In this document: piece by piece, positions 13,650 through 25,479 of the stretch
Layout: every line of letters begins with the position of its first letter
Numbering within the stretch: position 1 is the stretch's first letter
Assembly (NCBI RefSeq): GCF_044704955.1
Contig: NW_027254618.1
Location: forward strand, 186,001 to 244,790
Length of the DNA stretch: 58,790 bases
Source of the DNA: Pristiophorus japonicus
Taxonomy: Eukaryota
Direction of reading: 5' to 3'
The notes under the pieces: generated by a model
Seen by the model: the letters and a program-made list of their open reading frames with translations, nothing else
What the model was told of the DNA's origin: nothing
The model's database searches: none
Program-made: the position numbers and the translations under genes

Positions 13650-14600
13650 TTTAGAAATGAACCCCGGTGCTTTGTTTGCTTTTTAAAATGGCCGTATTAA
13701 CCTGCGTCACTACTTTTAGTGATTTGTGTATCTGTACCGCTCGATCCCTTTGGTCCTCGGCCCCATTTAGACTCTTATTTCCCAAATAGAATGTGGCCTC
13801 CTTATTCTTCCTACCAAAACGCACCACCTCACACTGATCTATACTGAAATTCATTTCCCAATTACACACGCATTCTGCAAACTTATTAATGTCTTGCATT
13901 TTGTCACAGTCTTCCTCAGTATTAACTCTACCTCCCAATTTGTGTCATCTAAAAATTTGGAAATTTTACTTCTCATTCCCGAGTCCAAATCCTTTATTTA
14001 ATTAGTGAACAACAGTGGTCCCAGCACCAATCCCTGTGGAACATCACCTCCCACCTATTGCCAGAACAGTGGTCCCAGCACCGATCCCTGTGGAACCACC
14101 TCCCACCTATTGCCGGAACAGTGGTCCCAGCACCGATCCCTGTGGAACCACCTCCCACCTATTGCGTGAACAGCGGTCCCAGCACCGATCCCTGTGGAAC
14201 ACCACCTCCCACCTATTGCCAGAACAGTGGTCCCAGCACTGATCCCTGTGGAACACCACCTCCCACCTATTGCCAGAACAGTGGTCCCAGCACCGATCCC
14301 TGTGGAACAGCACCTCCCACCTATTGCCAGAACAGTGGTCCCAGCACTGATCCCTGTGGTACACCACTGCCCACCTATTGCCAGAACAGTGATCCCAGCA
14401 CCGATCCCTGTGGAACACCACCTCCCACCTATTACCAGAACAGCGGTCCCAGCACTGATCCTTGTGGAACACCACCTCCCACCTAATGCCAGAACAGTGG
14501 TCCCAGCACCGATCCCTGTGGAACACCACCTCCCACCTATTGCCAGTCTGAGTAGCTACTCTTAACCCTACTCTGTTTCCTGTTTTGTAACCAGCTTGCT
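13650..14600 (-). mobile_element. CR1 RT fragment containing a minisatellite
   Basis: CEVVRFG and SVLGPL motifs. Confidence 0.8.
14010..14545. repeat. 54/52-bp minisatellite, about 10 copies
   Basis: Unit AACAGTGGTCCCAGCACCGATCCCTGTGGAACACCACCTCCCACCTATTGCCAG. Confidence 0.95.
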
Positions 14601-15339
14601 ATCCACAACAATATGTAAGATCTACAAGATGATCAAAGTCAGGCCACGTGGAGTGAAGGGCCAGGCAGCAGAATGGATGGAAAGATGGCTGCAAAATAGG
14701 AATCATTTGTTGGAGTTGAGGGCAGTTTTTTGCCATATTTCCATTCATTCTGTTACCTGACCTTTGACTCCACACTACCTGACCGTGGTCATTTTGTAAG
14801 ACCGTACATACTGCAGACACAGTTCACCAGTGGTGGGAGGGGGTGGATATTGAGCCCTGTGGCACGGGCGCTGATGAAGTGGGTTTCTCTGAGTTTTGAG
14901 GCAGCCCAAGTGGCATTTTTCACCACTTTCCAATTTTTAAAATAAAAATCTTATTGCCAGTTTATTGAAGCCATTAAAAGCCTCTCGGGTCGCACAATAA
15001 AATGAGGCCTCATAGCTTTCCACCAGAGTTAGAATCACAGTTAGAAAGCATTTAGTGACTGAGCCAGACTGGGCCGGGCCTAAGGTGCGAGTTAGTGATG
15101 GAAAAGTGGCGGCCAGCGTACTTGGCTCCAGGACTGAGAACCCGGGCACTCAGGTCTGTGTATATTGATTGATGAATTTTGTTCATTGCCCAGTCTCAGT
15201 CGCAATGGTGGGACATCCTGCTGTCCAGCCGAGGCGGAGATCCCCAATGGAGGGCTCTCTACGCAGGGGTCCTTCCCTGCACCATTGGGGATCTGGGGTG
15301 GAGAGTGTTGCATGGAACAGTCGTGTGAAACGGTTTTTA

Positions 15340-15918
15340 TAATAACTTTTATTTATATAGCGCCTTTAACTTAGTAAATCGTCCCAAGGTGCTTCACAGC
15401 AGTGTTAACAAGACACAACATAAATTTGACACCGAGCCACAAAAGCAGATGACCGAAAGCTTGGTTAAAGAGGTAGGTTTTAAGGAGCGTCTTAAAGGAG
15501 GAAAGACAGGTAGAGACTGAGGTTTAGGGAGGGAGTTCCAGAGCTTGGGGCACAAACAGCTGAAGGCATAGCCACCGATGGTTGAGTAGAGATAATGAGG
15601 GTTGTTCAAGAGGGCAGAATTTGAGGAGCACAGACGTCTTGTGGGGCTGTGAGGCTGAAAAAGACAGGGAGGGGTGAGGCCATGGAGTGATTTGTAAACA
15701 AGGATGAGAATTTTGAAATCGAGGTGTTGTGTAACCGGGAGCCAGCGTAGGTCAGAAAGCACAGGGGTGATCGTGACTTGGTGCGAGTTAGGACACAGGC
15801 TGCTGAGTTTTGGATGACCTCAAGTTTATGTAGTATAGAATGTGGGAGGCCAGCCAGGAGTGAGTTGGAGTAGTCAAGTCTAGAGGTAACAAAGGCATGG
15901 ATGAGAGTTTCAGCAGCA
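15340..15918 (-). mobile_element. L2 LINE 3' part
   Basis: AETLIHAFVTSRLDYSNSLL and LRWLPV..FKIL.LVYKSLHG motifs. Confidence 0.88.
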
Positions 15919-15919
15919 A

Positions 15920-16058
15920 GAGAGTTCTTAACGCCCTTCCAGACTCGAAGGCTGGTTTGTGTTTTGCAGCCTAGAGGAGTCCATGGCCCATGTATATATT
16001 CAATGTGAGAGGTTGCAGTCCCTGTATAGTTACCTGAAGGGGTGCTCCTCAATTTTTG
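15920..16058 (+). mobile_element. Tx1/L1-clade LINE C-terminal zinc-knuckle fragment
   Basis: FC..EESMAHVYIQC..L resembles the CCHC motif at the end of L1/Tx1 ORF2. Confidence 0.5.
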
Positions 16059-16339
16059 GTTCCCCTCCGTCTCCTCCCCTGAAACTGCTGACTCTGGCTG
16101 GGTTCAGTTCTACACTCACTGGTTCCCTACTTTTTGTGAAGTGCTCTTGGCACTTTATTAAACACACACAGCAGACGCACATTAATGTGATGGGAGATCA
16201 CTGACATACAAGCAGCCAGTGGTGTGGAGCCTCCTGAGAGTCTGGTCCTTTTACAGCCAATATTTACAGGAGCTGGGGCACAGGAAGAGTCCCATTAAAA
16301 TCACTGATACATTTGTTAATTAAAAATAGTAATTTTGCC

Positions 16340-16782
16340 TTAATTTACAGATGCTTCCTGACCAGTCCTCATTTCTCCTCCATTTAGAGATGCTCCCTGA
16401 CCAGTCTCCATTTCTACATTTACAGACACTCCCTGACCAGTCCCCATTTCTCCTCCATTTACAGACGCTCCTTAACCAGTCGCCATTTCTCCTCCATTTA
16501 CAGACGCTCCCTGACCAGTCCCCATTTCTCCATTTACAGACACTACTTGACCAGTCCCCATTTCTCCTCCATTTACAGACGCTCCCTGACCAGTCCCCAT
16601 TTCTCCTCTATTTACAGATGCTCCCTGACCAGTACCCATTTCTCCTCCATTTACAGACACTCCCTGACCAGTCCCCATTTCTCCATTTACAGACGCCCCC
16701 TGACCAGTCCCCTATTCTCCTCCATTTATAGACACTCCCTGGCCAGTCCCCATTTCTCCTCCATTTACAGACGCTCCCTGAC
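16340..16782. repeat. 39/36-bp minisatellite, about 11-12 copies
   Basis: Unit CATTTACAGACGCTCCCTGACCAGTCCCCATTTCTC(CTC). Confidence 0.95.
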
Positions 16783-17060
16783 TCGCTGGGGATTTCCCGG
16801 CACTTCCTGGTTGTCCCGGAGTTTGTGTCTGAAACTGGCGGGTAGTTGTGGGGAGGTGGATAATGCGGAGTGTTGTCTCTCGGGCCTGGGCCCGCACTCG
16901 GTGTGTGTGAAGACCCCCCAGGGATTAGGAAGAGCGGGGCGGGGCCAGAGCAGCAGTCGGATGGTCCTCCAACCAATCAGTGTCCGAGGGGCGGGGCTTG
17001 CGGCACCCAGTGGGCGGGGATGAGCCCGGATGTCCCTGATTGGCTGAAACTCTGCCCCAT
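16783..17060. promoter_or_regulatory. CpG-rich promoter-like region
   Basis: ETS-like CACTTCCTGG, several GGGGCGGGG boxes, CCAATCA near 16973 and inverted CCAAT near 17039. Confidence 0.6.
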
Positions 17061-17149
17061 TGTTAAAGCTGATTTCTCTCAAACTCCAGGAGGAAACGGG
17101 ACCTTTCTGTTGTGGCTTTAAACAGATGGAACCCTGAAGGGTGGAGCAA

Positions 17150-17960
17150 ACATTGCAACATTTGTTTGTGAAATGGATTGATTCAGGACAGACAGCAGGG
17201 ATTCAGGAAATAACACAATGCAGTGAGAAAGGAAATGCAGTGGAGGTTGTGTAGATGGATTGTCAAAAGATGTTTGATAAGGTGCCGGACAGGAGGCTTG
17301 TTGATCAAATTAAGGCTCACGGTATTAAAGGGAATGGGGCAGTGTGGAGAGGAATTTGGGTAAAGGGCAGAAAACAGAGAGTAGTGGTTAATGGATGTTC
17401 TTCAGACTGGAGGGATGTAAACAGTGGTGTCCCCAGGGTCAGTGTTAGGACCATTGCTCTTCTCAATACAGAGAAATGATCTGGGCTTTGGTATATGGGG
17501 CACATGATCAAAATCTCCAGGGAACACCAAAAAGGGCCCATGGCCAACTGTGAAGAGGACTTTAAGTGCCTTCATTGTTTTTACATAGGTTAGTAATTGG
17601 GGCAGGTAGATGTGTAATGAAATTTAATGCAAAGAAATGTGCTGTGATAGATTTTGGGAGGAAATGTACATTAAATGGTAAAACTTTCAATGGAGTAGAG
17701 GAGCAGAGAGATTTAGGGTTGTAAGATTCTAGCTAATTCCTTGTCTTATTAGGGATTGAGAGTCCACTGTTAGAACAGAAGAACATAAGAAATAGGAGCA
17801 GGAATAGGCCATCTGGCTTCTCGAGCCTGCTCTGCCATTCAATAAGATCATGGCTGATCTGATCCTGGTCTCAACTCCACTTCCCTGCCTGCTCCCCATA
17901 ACCCTTGACTCCCTTATCTTTCAAAACTCTGTCTATCTCCACCTTAAATATATTCAATGA
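17150..17960. mobile_element. CR1 fragments (RT on +, 3' end on -)
   Basis: FDKVP..RL and RKQRVVVNG motifs; reverse CR1 tail at 17775-17960. Confidence 0.75.
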
Positions 17961-18689
17961 TTAATTATTAGCAATTTTAATATCTTAAGAAATATAATTT
18001 GACCAGATTCTCTGTGCTCTACCACATCAGAGTAAACATGCAAGTCCCACGTGTCCACAGTAACAGACACGAGGTCAACCCGCTGGATGGAACCTCAGGC
18101 ACCCTGAGCTTGATCTCCGGTGTCTCCAGTCCTGATTACCCCCTTACATCAGTCTCCCCTCACTGTTATACCCTGCAGTGATCCACCTCTGGCACCGGAC
18201 TCTTCTTTGTCTTCTCTGCTCGGTTTGGGCAAGAAGCTGGGAAAAGACAGCTGGAATTTCTCTAATTTACAAGGACACTTTCCCTGGTTCCCAGCAGTTA
18301 CTTTTCTTCAGTAATTTTGTCAGTATCGCTAAACTCCCCTGCCTGCTGTTAGTAGTTGTTTCTTATAGTTTCACAATTCTAGGTATAAACATCACACATT
18401 ATAATCTAATCTATTGTGTTACTCACTCTGGTTTGAGCTTACATTGTGGTTACTAACAGACAAACCCTGTTCTTTCCCCTGATCTGATTACAGATTCCAA
18501 CAGTGAGTTCAGTGAATGGAATGTCTCATCAGTGTTGCCATAGTGACCTGTCTGCAGTGAATCGATTGTTTGAGTTACCTCAGATTAAACTTCTCTTTCC
18601 CATGATGCACATTATATCAGCCACTTTATGTCAATGTGTTTTAGCCATGTTATGTTAATATCTCTAAAACCTACAAGGGCTTCAGATAC

Positions 18690-19095
18690 ATAAACCTTTA
18701 AAAGTAGGAGGGACAAGTGATAAAGTGGTTAAAAAGCACATGGGATCTGAGGTTTTATAAATAGGGATGTGGAGTACAATGGGGCAAAGGTCATGTAAAC
18801 CTGCACAAATCATTGGTTAGGCTGCAGTTCGAATATTGTGTCAGGTTTTGGGGATCTTATACCAGGAAGGATGTGGAGGCCATGGAGATTCACTGAGATG
18901 ATACCAGGGACAAGAGCCTTTAGTTATTGGGGAGATTGGAGAAACTGGGGTTCTTTTCATTAGAACAAAGGGTAATTGGAGATCTGAGGGAGGTGTTCAA
19001 AATTTGATCATGTAAATGAGGATAAACTATTTCCACCAGTCGATGAGTCAGTAACTCGAGGGCATCAAATTCAAATCATCACCAAAAGGCTCAGA
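18690..19095 (+). mobile_element. Old CR1 RT fragment
   Basis: Degenerate match to the CR1 C-terminal region. Confidence 0.55.
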
Positions 19096-19294
19096 CCCAG
19101 GGAGGAACTATTGAGCACACTGTACAACAATGTTCAGGACACTCACCCCTCCGGATCTGTGTCCAGGGGAGGAACTGATGGGTTTCTCTTATCTTTGGGT
19201 TAAATGATGTTCTCATCGAGGTGATGGATGTCAGTGCTGGGGAATGGGGTATTCTGAGATCATATTGTCTGCCTGAAGCACTCTGCAGTCAGGA

Positions 19295-19700
19295 ACAGCA
19301 CAGGTTAGATACAGAGTAAAGTTCCCTCTACACTGTCCCATCAAACACTTCCAGGGCAGGTACAGCACGGGTTAGATACATAAAGCTCAATCTACACTGT
19401 CCCATCAAACACTTCCAGGGCAGGTACAGCACGGGGTTAGATACAGAGTAAAGCTCCCTCTACACTGTCCCATCAAACACTTCCAGGGCAGGTACAGCAC
19501 GGGGTTAGATACAGAGTAAAGCTCCCTCTACACTGTCCCATCAAACACTTCCAGGGCAGGTACAGCACGGGTTAGATACATAAAGCTCAATCTACACTGT
19601 CCCATCAAACACTCCCAGGGCAGATACAGCACGGGTTAGATACAGAGTAAAGCTCCCTCTACACTGTCCCATCAAACACTCTCAGGGCAGATACAGCACA
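19295..19700. repeat. ~63-68-bp tandem repeat, about 6 copies
   Basis: Unit GGGTTAGATACAGAGTAAAGCTCCCTCTACACTGTCCCATCAAACACTCCCAGGGCAGGTACAGCAC. Confidence 0.95.
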
Positions 19701-19704
19701 GGAT

Positions 19705-19960
19705 TGCTGCATTGTCGGCGTTGCCATCTTTCAGATGAGTCGTTCAACGGAGGCCCCATCAGCCCTCAAACAATATCACTCAAACAGATTATCTGGCCAT
19801 TGCTGTTCATGGCAGCTTGCTGTGTGCAAATCATCTGCTGCATTTCCTATACTACAGCAGTGAATGCACTTCAAATGTACTTTGATATTGTTGTACTTCA
19901 TTGGCTGTAAAGCACTTTGGGACATCCTGAGGTCATGTGAGGTGCTGCATAAGGACAAGT
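19705..19960 (+). mobile_element. Partial Deu-type SINE
   Basis: Paralogous to 970-1270. Confidence 0.65.
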
Positions 19961-20201
19961 CTTTGTTAAATGGAGGAGAAAAGTTCCAAAAAAGGAACAG
20001 TTGGTAACAGGACAACAATTAGTCTCCTCTTATAATGGAGAAATCAAGGAATCGACACAGTGTGTTGGAACCAAAACTGATTTATTTGTCAGATAGCCAG
20101 AAAATTAAACTCCGGCCCAGTTACAGGAGAAACACAGCCCGACTATCAGAATGAACACGGTTCAGTCCCGATGTGGTTCACAGCAGAATCCAACCCTGCA
20201 A

Positions 20202-20725
20202 TCACTTGTGAACTCGCTGGTGTTTCAGCAGGTTGGATGAACAAGTGAATCCCTTCCCACACTCAGAGCAGGTGAACGGCCTCTCCCCAGTGTGACTGCG
20301 TCGATGAATTTCCAGCTCAGATGGGTAACCGAATCCCTTCCCACAGTCACTACATTTCCACGGTTTCTCCATGGTGTGGCTATCCTTGTGTCTCTCCAGG
20401 TTGGACGATCAGTTAAAGCCTCGCCCACGCACATAACACGTTTGCAGTTTCTCCCCGCTATACATGGTGCGATTTTTTTCAGACTGTGTAACTGGTTAAA
20501 GCTCTTTCCGCAGTCAGTGCACTGGAACACTCTCACTCGGGTGTGTGTGTCTGGTGCTTTTCCAGTCACACTGATGTTTGAAATCTTTTCCCACAGACAA
20601 ACATTTCTCCTTTCCCTTTCAAAGGCCGATGATATTCAGATCCTGATGCATCGAGTGACTCTGTCAGATCTTGACACAATGTTTGGTTCGAGTTCCCCGT
20701 CTGTAAATCCTCCCCTTATAATACC
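20202..20725 (-). pseudogene. C2H2 zinc-finger exon; residual 56-aa two-finger ORF MEKPWKC..HQRVHK (20372-20202)
   Basis: Acceptor at 20726-20727; upstream fingers broken by frameshift and TGA at 20409-20411; 3' UTR paralogous to the first ZNF. Confidence 0.8.
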
Positions 20726-20919
20726 CTGTGAAAGGAGTTTGCAAAACTCATCACTGTAAGGACAGGACAGAAATTCAGAACAGACAATTCTAGTTTCTAT
20801 GGAACATTCTTTTCTGTCTTGTTCCCCCCAAAGCTGTAAATCCCCATCCCTCCTCCCTGAGCGGAAATCCAAACCCATCGCACAATCTCCATCATTTCTT
20901 CCTTCTCGCTATTTTCTTC

Positions 20920-21085
20920 CTCCCCTGAAGGTGCTGACTCTGGCTGACTTCAGTTCCACACTCAATGGTTCCCCTCCCTCTCCTCCCCTGAAGGTGCTGA
21001 CTCTAGCTGGGTTCAGTTCCACACTCACTGGTTCCCCTCTCCTCCCCTGAAGGTGCTAACTCTATCTGGGTTCAGTTCTACACTG
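20920..21085. repeat. 63-bp ZNF-intron repeat, about 3 copies
   Basis: Unit CCCCTGAAGGTGCTGACTCTGGCTGGGTTCAGTTCTACACTCACTGGTT..; also near 12484-12570, 16060-16125, 22845-23020 and 25213-25395. Confidence 0.85.
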
Positions 21086-21234
21086 TATTCTACGGGTATG
21101 CTGAGCACCGAGTGTGTGCCTGAAATACGTTCTGGTCAGATACAGAGTAAAGCTCCCTCTATACTGTCCCATCAAACATGTAGAAAGTAAGTTTGAAGTC
21201 AGAGGAAACAAGGGGAAAAAAGGGGAAAAAAATA

Positions 21235-22203
21235 AATTGAAAAGCTTTGTCTAAATGCATGTAGCATTCGCAACAAAATAGATGAATTGACGGCACAAAT
21301 AGATACAAATGGGTATGATCTGATAGCCATTACAGAGACATGGTTGCAAGGTAACCAGGACTGGGAGCAAAATATTCAGGGGTATTTGACAATTCGGAAG
21401 GACAGACAGAAAGGAAAAGGAGGTGGGGTAGCATTGTTAATAAAGGATGGGATCAGTGCGTTAATGAGAAACGATATTGGCTCAGAGGATCAAGAGGTTG
21501 AATCAGTTTGGGTGGTGATAAGGAATAATAAAGGGAAAAAGTCACTGGTGGGCATAATCTGTAGGCCCCCTAATAGTAGCTACACAATTGGACGGAGCAT
21601 AAATCAAGAAATAATGGAAACTTGTAAAAAAGGAACGGCAATAATCATGGGCGATTTTAACCTTCATATATTTTGGTCTCCGTATTTAAGGAAGGATATA
21701 CTTGCATTGGAGGATATTCAGAGAAGGTTCACTAGGTTGATTCCAGAGATGAGGGGGTTGACTTATGAGGATAGGTTGAGTAGGTTGGGCCTAGACATAT
21801 TGGAGTTCAGAAGAATGAGAGGTGATCTTATTGAAACTTATAAGATAATGAGGGGGCTCGACAGGGTGGAAGCAGAAAGGATATTTCCACTCATAGTGGA
21901 AATTAAAACTAGGGGACATAGTTTTAGAATAAGGGTCCGCCCATTTAAAACTGAGACGAGGAGAAATTTATTTTCTGAGGGTTGTAAATCTGTGGAATTC
22001 TCTGCCCCAGAGGGCTATGGAGGCTGGGTCATTGAATATATTTAAGGCGGAGATGGACAGATTTTTGAGCGATAAGAGAGTAAAGGATTATGAGGAGCGG
22101 GCAGAGAAGTGGAGCTGAATCCATGATCAGATCAGCCATGATCTTATTGAATGGCGGAGCAGGCTAGAGGGTCCAAATGGCCTACTCCTGCTCCTATTTC
22201 TTA
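21235..22203 (+). mobile_element. Internally deleted CR1 (endonuclease fused to ORF2 C-terminus and 3' UTR)
   Basis: ORF 21287-22045 goes from ..IIMGDFNLHI directly to FWSPYLRKDIL.. near 21670. Confidence 0.85.
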
Positions 22204-22204
22204 T

Positions 22205-22535
22205 ACACTTCCAGGGCAGGTACACACGGGTTAGATACAGAGTAAAGCTCTCTCTACACTGTCCCATCAAACACTCCAGGGCAGGTACAGCACGGGTTAG
22301 ATACAGAGTAAAGCTCTCTCTACACTGTCCCATCAAACACTCCAGGGCAGGTACAGCACGGATTAGATACAGAGTAAAGCTCCCTCGACACTGTCCCATC
22401 AAACACTCCAGGGCAGGTACAGCACGGGTTAGATACAGAGTAAAGCTCACTCTACACTGTCCCATCAAACACTCCAGGGCAGGTACAGCACGGGTTAGAT
22501 ACAGAGTAAAGCTCACTCTACACTGTCCCATCAAA
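22205..22535. repeat. 66-bp tandem repeat, about 5 copies
   Basis: Same family as 19295-19700; gives a 22-aa periodic spurious ORF. Confidence 0.95.
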
Positions 22536-22844
22536 TGCTAAACCCAGACCATAATGAGCACGGCTCAGGGAGGTTAGTTGCTAGGCACTGCAGTGATGTT
22601 ATAAAGCAGGGCCAGTCAGCCCAGCGGGTCCTCTCCTTGTCCCGGGGAAGGATCAGGGCCTAGAGTGTGGAACACAATCAAGGGGGGGAAGGAGGTGTAA
22701 ATGAAGGAGTCGGGATGGAGGGACACCAAGCTTCAGTTTTAGAGCCTGTAGACTTCAGATGGGAAGAGTGAGTTCAGTAGTTTTAGGATCCAGGGAGAGA
22801 GCAAGGCACATTGCACATATTCCTATTATTTTATCCTTCTCTCC

Positions 22845-23020
22845 TCTCCTCCCCTGAAGACGCTGACTCTGACTGGGTTCAGTTCTACACTCACTGGTTC
22901 CCCTCCCTCTCCTCCCCTGAAGGTACTGACTCTGGCTGGGTTCAGTTCTACACTCACTGGTTCCCCTCCCTCTCCTCCCCTGAAGGTACTGACTCTGGCT
23001 GGGTTCAGTTCTACACTCAC
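22845..23020. repeat. 63-bp ZNF-intron repeat, 3 copies
   Basis: 21-aa periodic ORF VSVELNPARVSTFRGGEGGEP. Confidence 0.9.
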
Positions 23021-23237
23021 CAATGTATGACCTATGTGCCCAATCTCCATGTGTGATCCTCGACAGTGAGTGTCGACAGGCTATTCCACTGTCCTCACCT
23101 GCATTTTCCAACAGGGTCACTGGAGCCTCCTCCCAATGGCTCACTGGGTAAAGGTAACACCCAGTGTGACTGAGTCATAGCCACAGGAGGGGCCCAGGTT
23201 TAATCCTGTTTGAATATCCTCACCTTCTAATCCCCTG
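23020..23237 (-). other. Putative upstream exon of the third ZNF gene
   Basis: Acceptor TTTTACAG and donor GTGAGT on -; paralog of 12246-12483. Confidence 0.5.
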
Positions 23238-23269
23238 TAAAAGCTGTTTACAAAAGTCATCACTGTAAG

Positions 23270-24750
23270 TAGGAACATAGGAACAGGAAAAGGCCATTCA
23301 GCCCCTTGAGCCTGTCCCACCATTCAATTAATCGTGGCTGATCAGTATTTTAACTCCGTCTACCTGCCTTGGTTCCATTACCTTAATACCCCTGCCTAAG
23401 AAGAATTTATCAATCTCAGTTTTGGGATTTTCAATTGGCCCCCAGCCTCCGTTTTATGGGGAACAGAGTTCCGGATTTCCACTATGCTTTAAGAGCATAA
23501 GAAATAGGTACAGGAGTAGGCTAAACAACCCCTCGAGCCTGCCGCGCCATTCAACAAGATCATGGCTGATCTTCTACGTCAACTCCACTTTCCCGCACTA
23601 TCCCCATATCCCTGGATTTCTTTGCTGTCCAAACATCTATCGATCTCAGCCCTGAATACACTCAATGACTGAGCATCCACAGCTCTTTGGGGCAGAGAAT
23701 TCCAAAGATTCACAACGCTTTGAGTGAAGACATTTCTCCACATCTCAGTCCTAAATGGCCGTCCGTTATCCTGAGACTATGACCCCTAGTTCTAGACTCT
23801 CCAGACAAGAGAAACAGCCAATCAGCATTTGTGTGAGGAAGTGCTTCCTGACATTAGCCCTGAACGGCCGAGCTCTGATTTTAAGGTTGTGTCCCCTTGT
23901 TATGGACTCCCTCACCAGAGGAAATAGTTTCTCTCCATCCACCCCATCAACTCCTTTAATCATCTTAAACACCTCAATTACATCACCCCTTAATCTTCTA
24001 TATTTCTCATAATTTACAAACTTCATCACTGTAAGTACAGGATCATAGAATCACAGAAGTTTACAGCATTGAAGGAGGCCATTCAGCCCATCGTGTCCAT
24101 GCCAGCCAACAAAGAGCTATCCAGCCTAATCCCACTTTTCAGCTCTTGGTCCATGGCCTTGTAGGTCTCAACAATTCAAATGCATAATCCAAGTTCATTT
24201 TAAATGCTGCAAGGGTTTCTGTCTCTACTATCCTTTCAGGCAGTGGTTTCCAGACCCCCACCACCCTCTGGGTGAAGAGATTTCCCCTCTAAACATCCTA
24301 CCACTTTAAATCTACGCCCCCTGGTTGTTGACCCTCTGCTAAGGGAAATAGGTCCTTCCTATCCACTCTATCTCGGCCCCTCATAATTTTATACACCTCA
24401 ATTAGGTCTCCCCTCAGCCTCCTCTGTTACAAAGAAAAAAAACCCCAGCCTATCCAATCTTTCCTCATAACTAAAATTCTCCAGTCCTGATAACATCCTC
24501 CTAAATCTCCTCTGTACCCTCTCTAGTGCAATGACATCTTTCCTGAAATGTGGTAACCAGAACTGCACACAGTACTCTAGCTGTGGCCTAACTAGTGTTT
24601 TATACAGTTCAAGCATAACCTCGCTGCTCTTGTATTCTGCGCCTCGGATAATAAAGGCAAGTATTCTGTATGCCTTCTTAACCACCTTATCTACCTGTCC
24701 TGCTACCTTCAGGGATCTGTGAACATGCCTTCCAAGGCCCTCCGTTCCTT
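23270..24750 (-). mobile_element. Cluster of nested CR1 3' fragments
   Basis: Several reverse CR1 tails; [11 protein letters not shown] and RGDVIEVFKM motifs. Confidence 0.85.
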
Positions 24751-24934
24751 GACACGTCCGTGCAAGCACATACACCAAATGTTTGAACCTGCGGTTCCTC
24801 TTGTACTGAGCAGGATTACTATTGCAACAACACTACTATTTTCTAATTTATTTTTAAAATAAGGAAGATATCCCTAAAAATAGATGAGTGAAAGTTCTTG
24901 TTGAATTTTCCTCATGAGTGTCACTTAGTGGGAT

Positions 24935-25210
24935 CAAGTTTTGGCCTGAGTTGCTCCTATTTTCTTGGAGCAACTAGTTTAGAATGGAGTATCTTAGAAA
25001 TTGCAATTCTCGTCATTTAGTTTGCTCCAGTTCTAGTGAGTTAGAACAGTTTCATTTTAGAACAGATTTTTTTTCAAAAGAGAGCGTGTCTGGCCACTTA
25101 CGCCCGTTTTGCAAGTTTAGGCAGCGAAAACTTACTCCAAACTAACTTAGAATGGAGTAAGTGTAGATTTTTGCACGCTCAGAAAAACACTTGGAAATCA
25201 GGCGTAAGGT
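24935..25210 (+). repeat. Unclassified interspersed repeat
   Basis: Highly similar to 57838-58135 (TTTTGGCCTGAGTTGCTCCT..GAAATTGCAATTCTCG). Confidence 0.75.
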
Positions 25211-25479
25211 ACTGAAGGTACTGACTCTGGCTGGGTTCAATTCTACACTCACTGGTTCTCCTCGCCTGAAGGTGCTGACTCTGGCCGAATTGAGTTCTAA
25301 ACTCACTTGTTCCCTTCCCTTTCCCTCCCCTGATGGTGCTGACTCTGGCTGGGTTTAATTCTACAATCACTGGTTTCCTCTCCCTCTCTGAAGTGCTGGC
25401 TATCTTAGATCTGGTCCTGTGTAATGAGATAGGATTAATAAACAATCTCCTAGTGAAGGATCCCCTTGAAATGAGTGAT

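Noticed and set aside
14058-16731. Repetitive ORFs (PPPTYCQNSG.., LHLQTLPDQSPF..) as proteins
   Set aside because: Translations of minisatellites with periods divisible by 3
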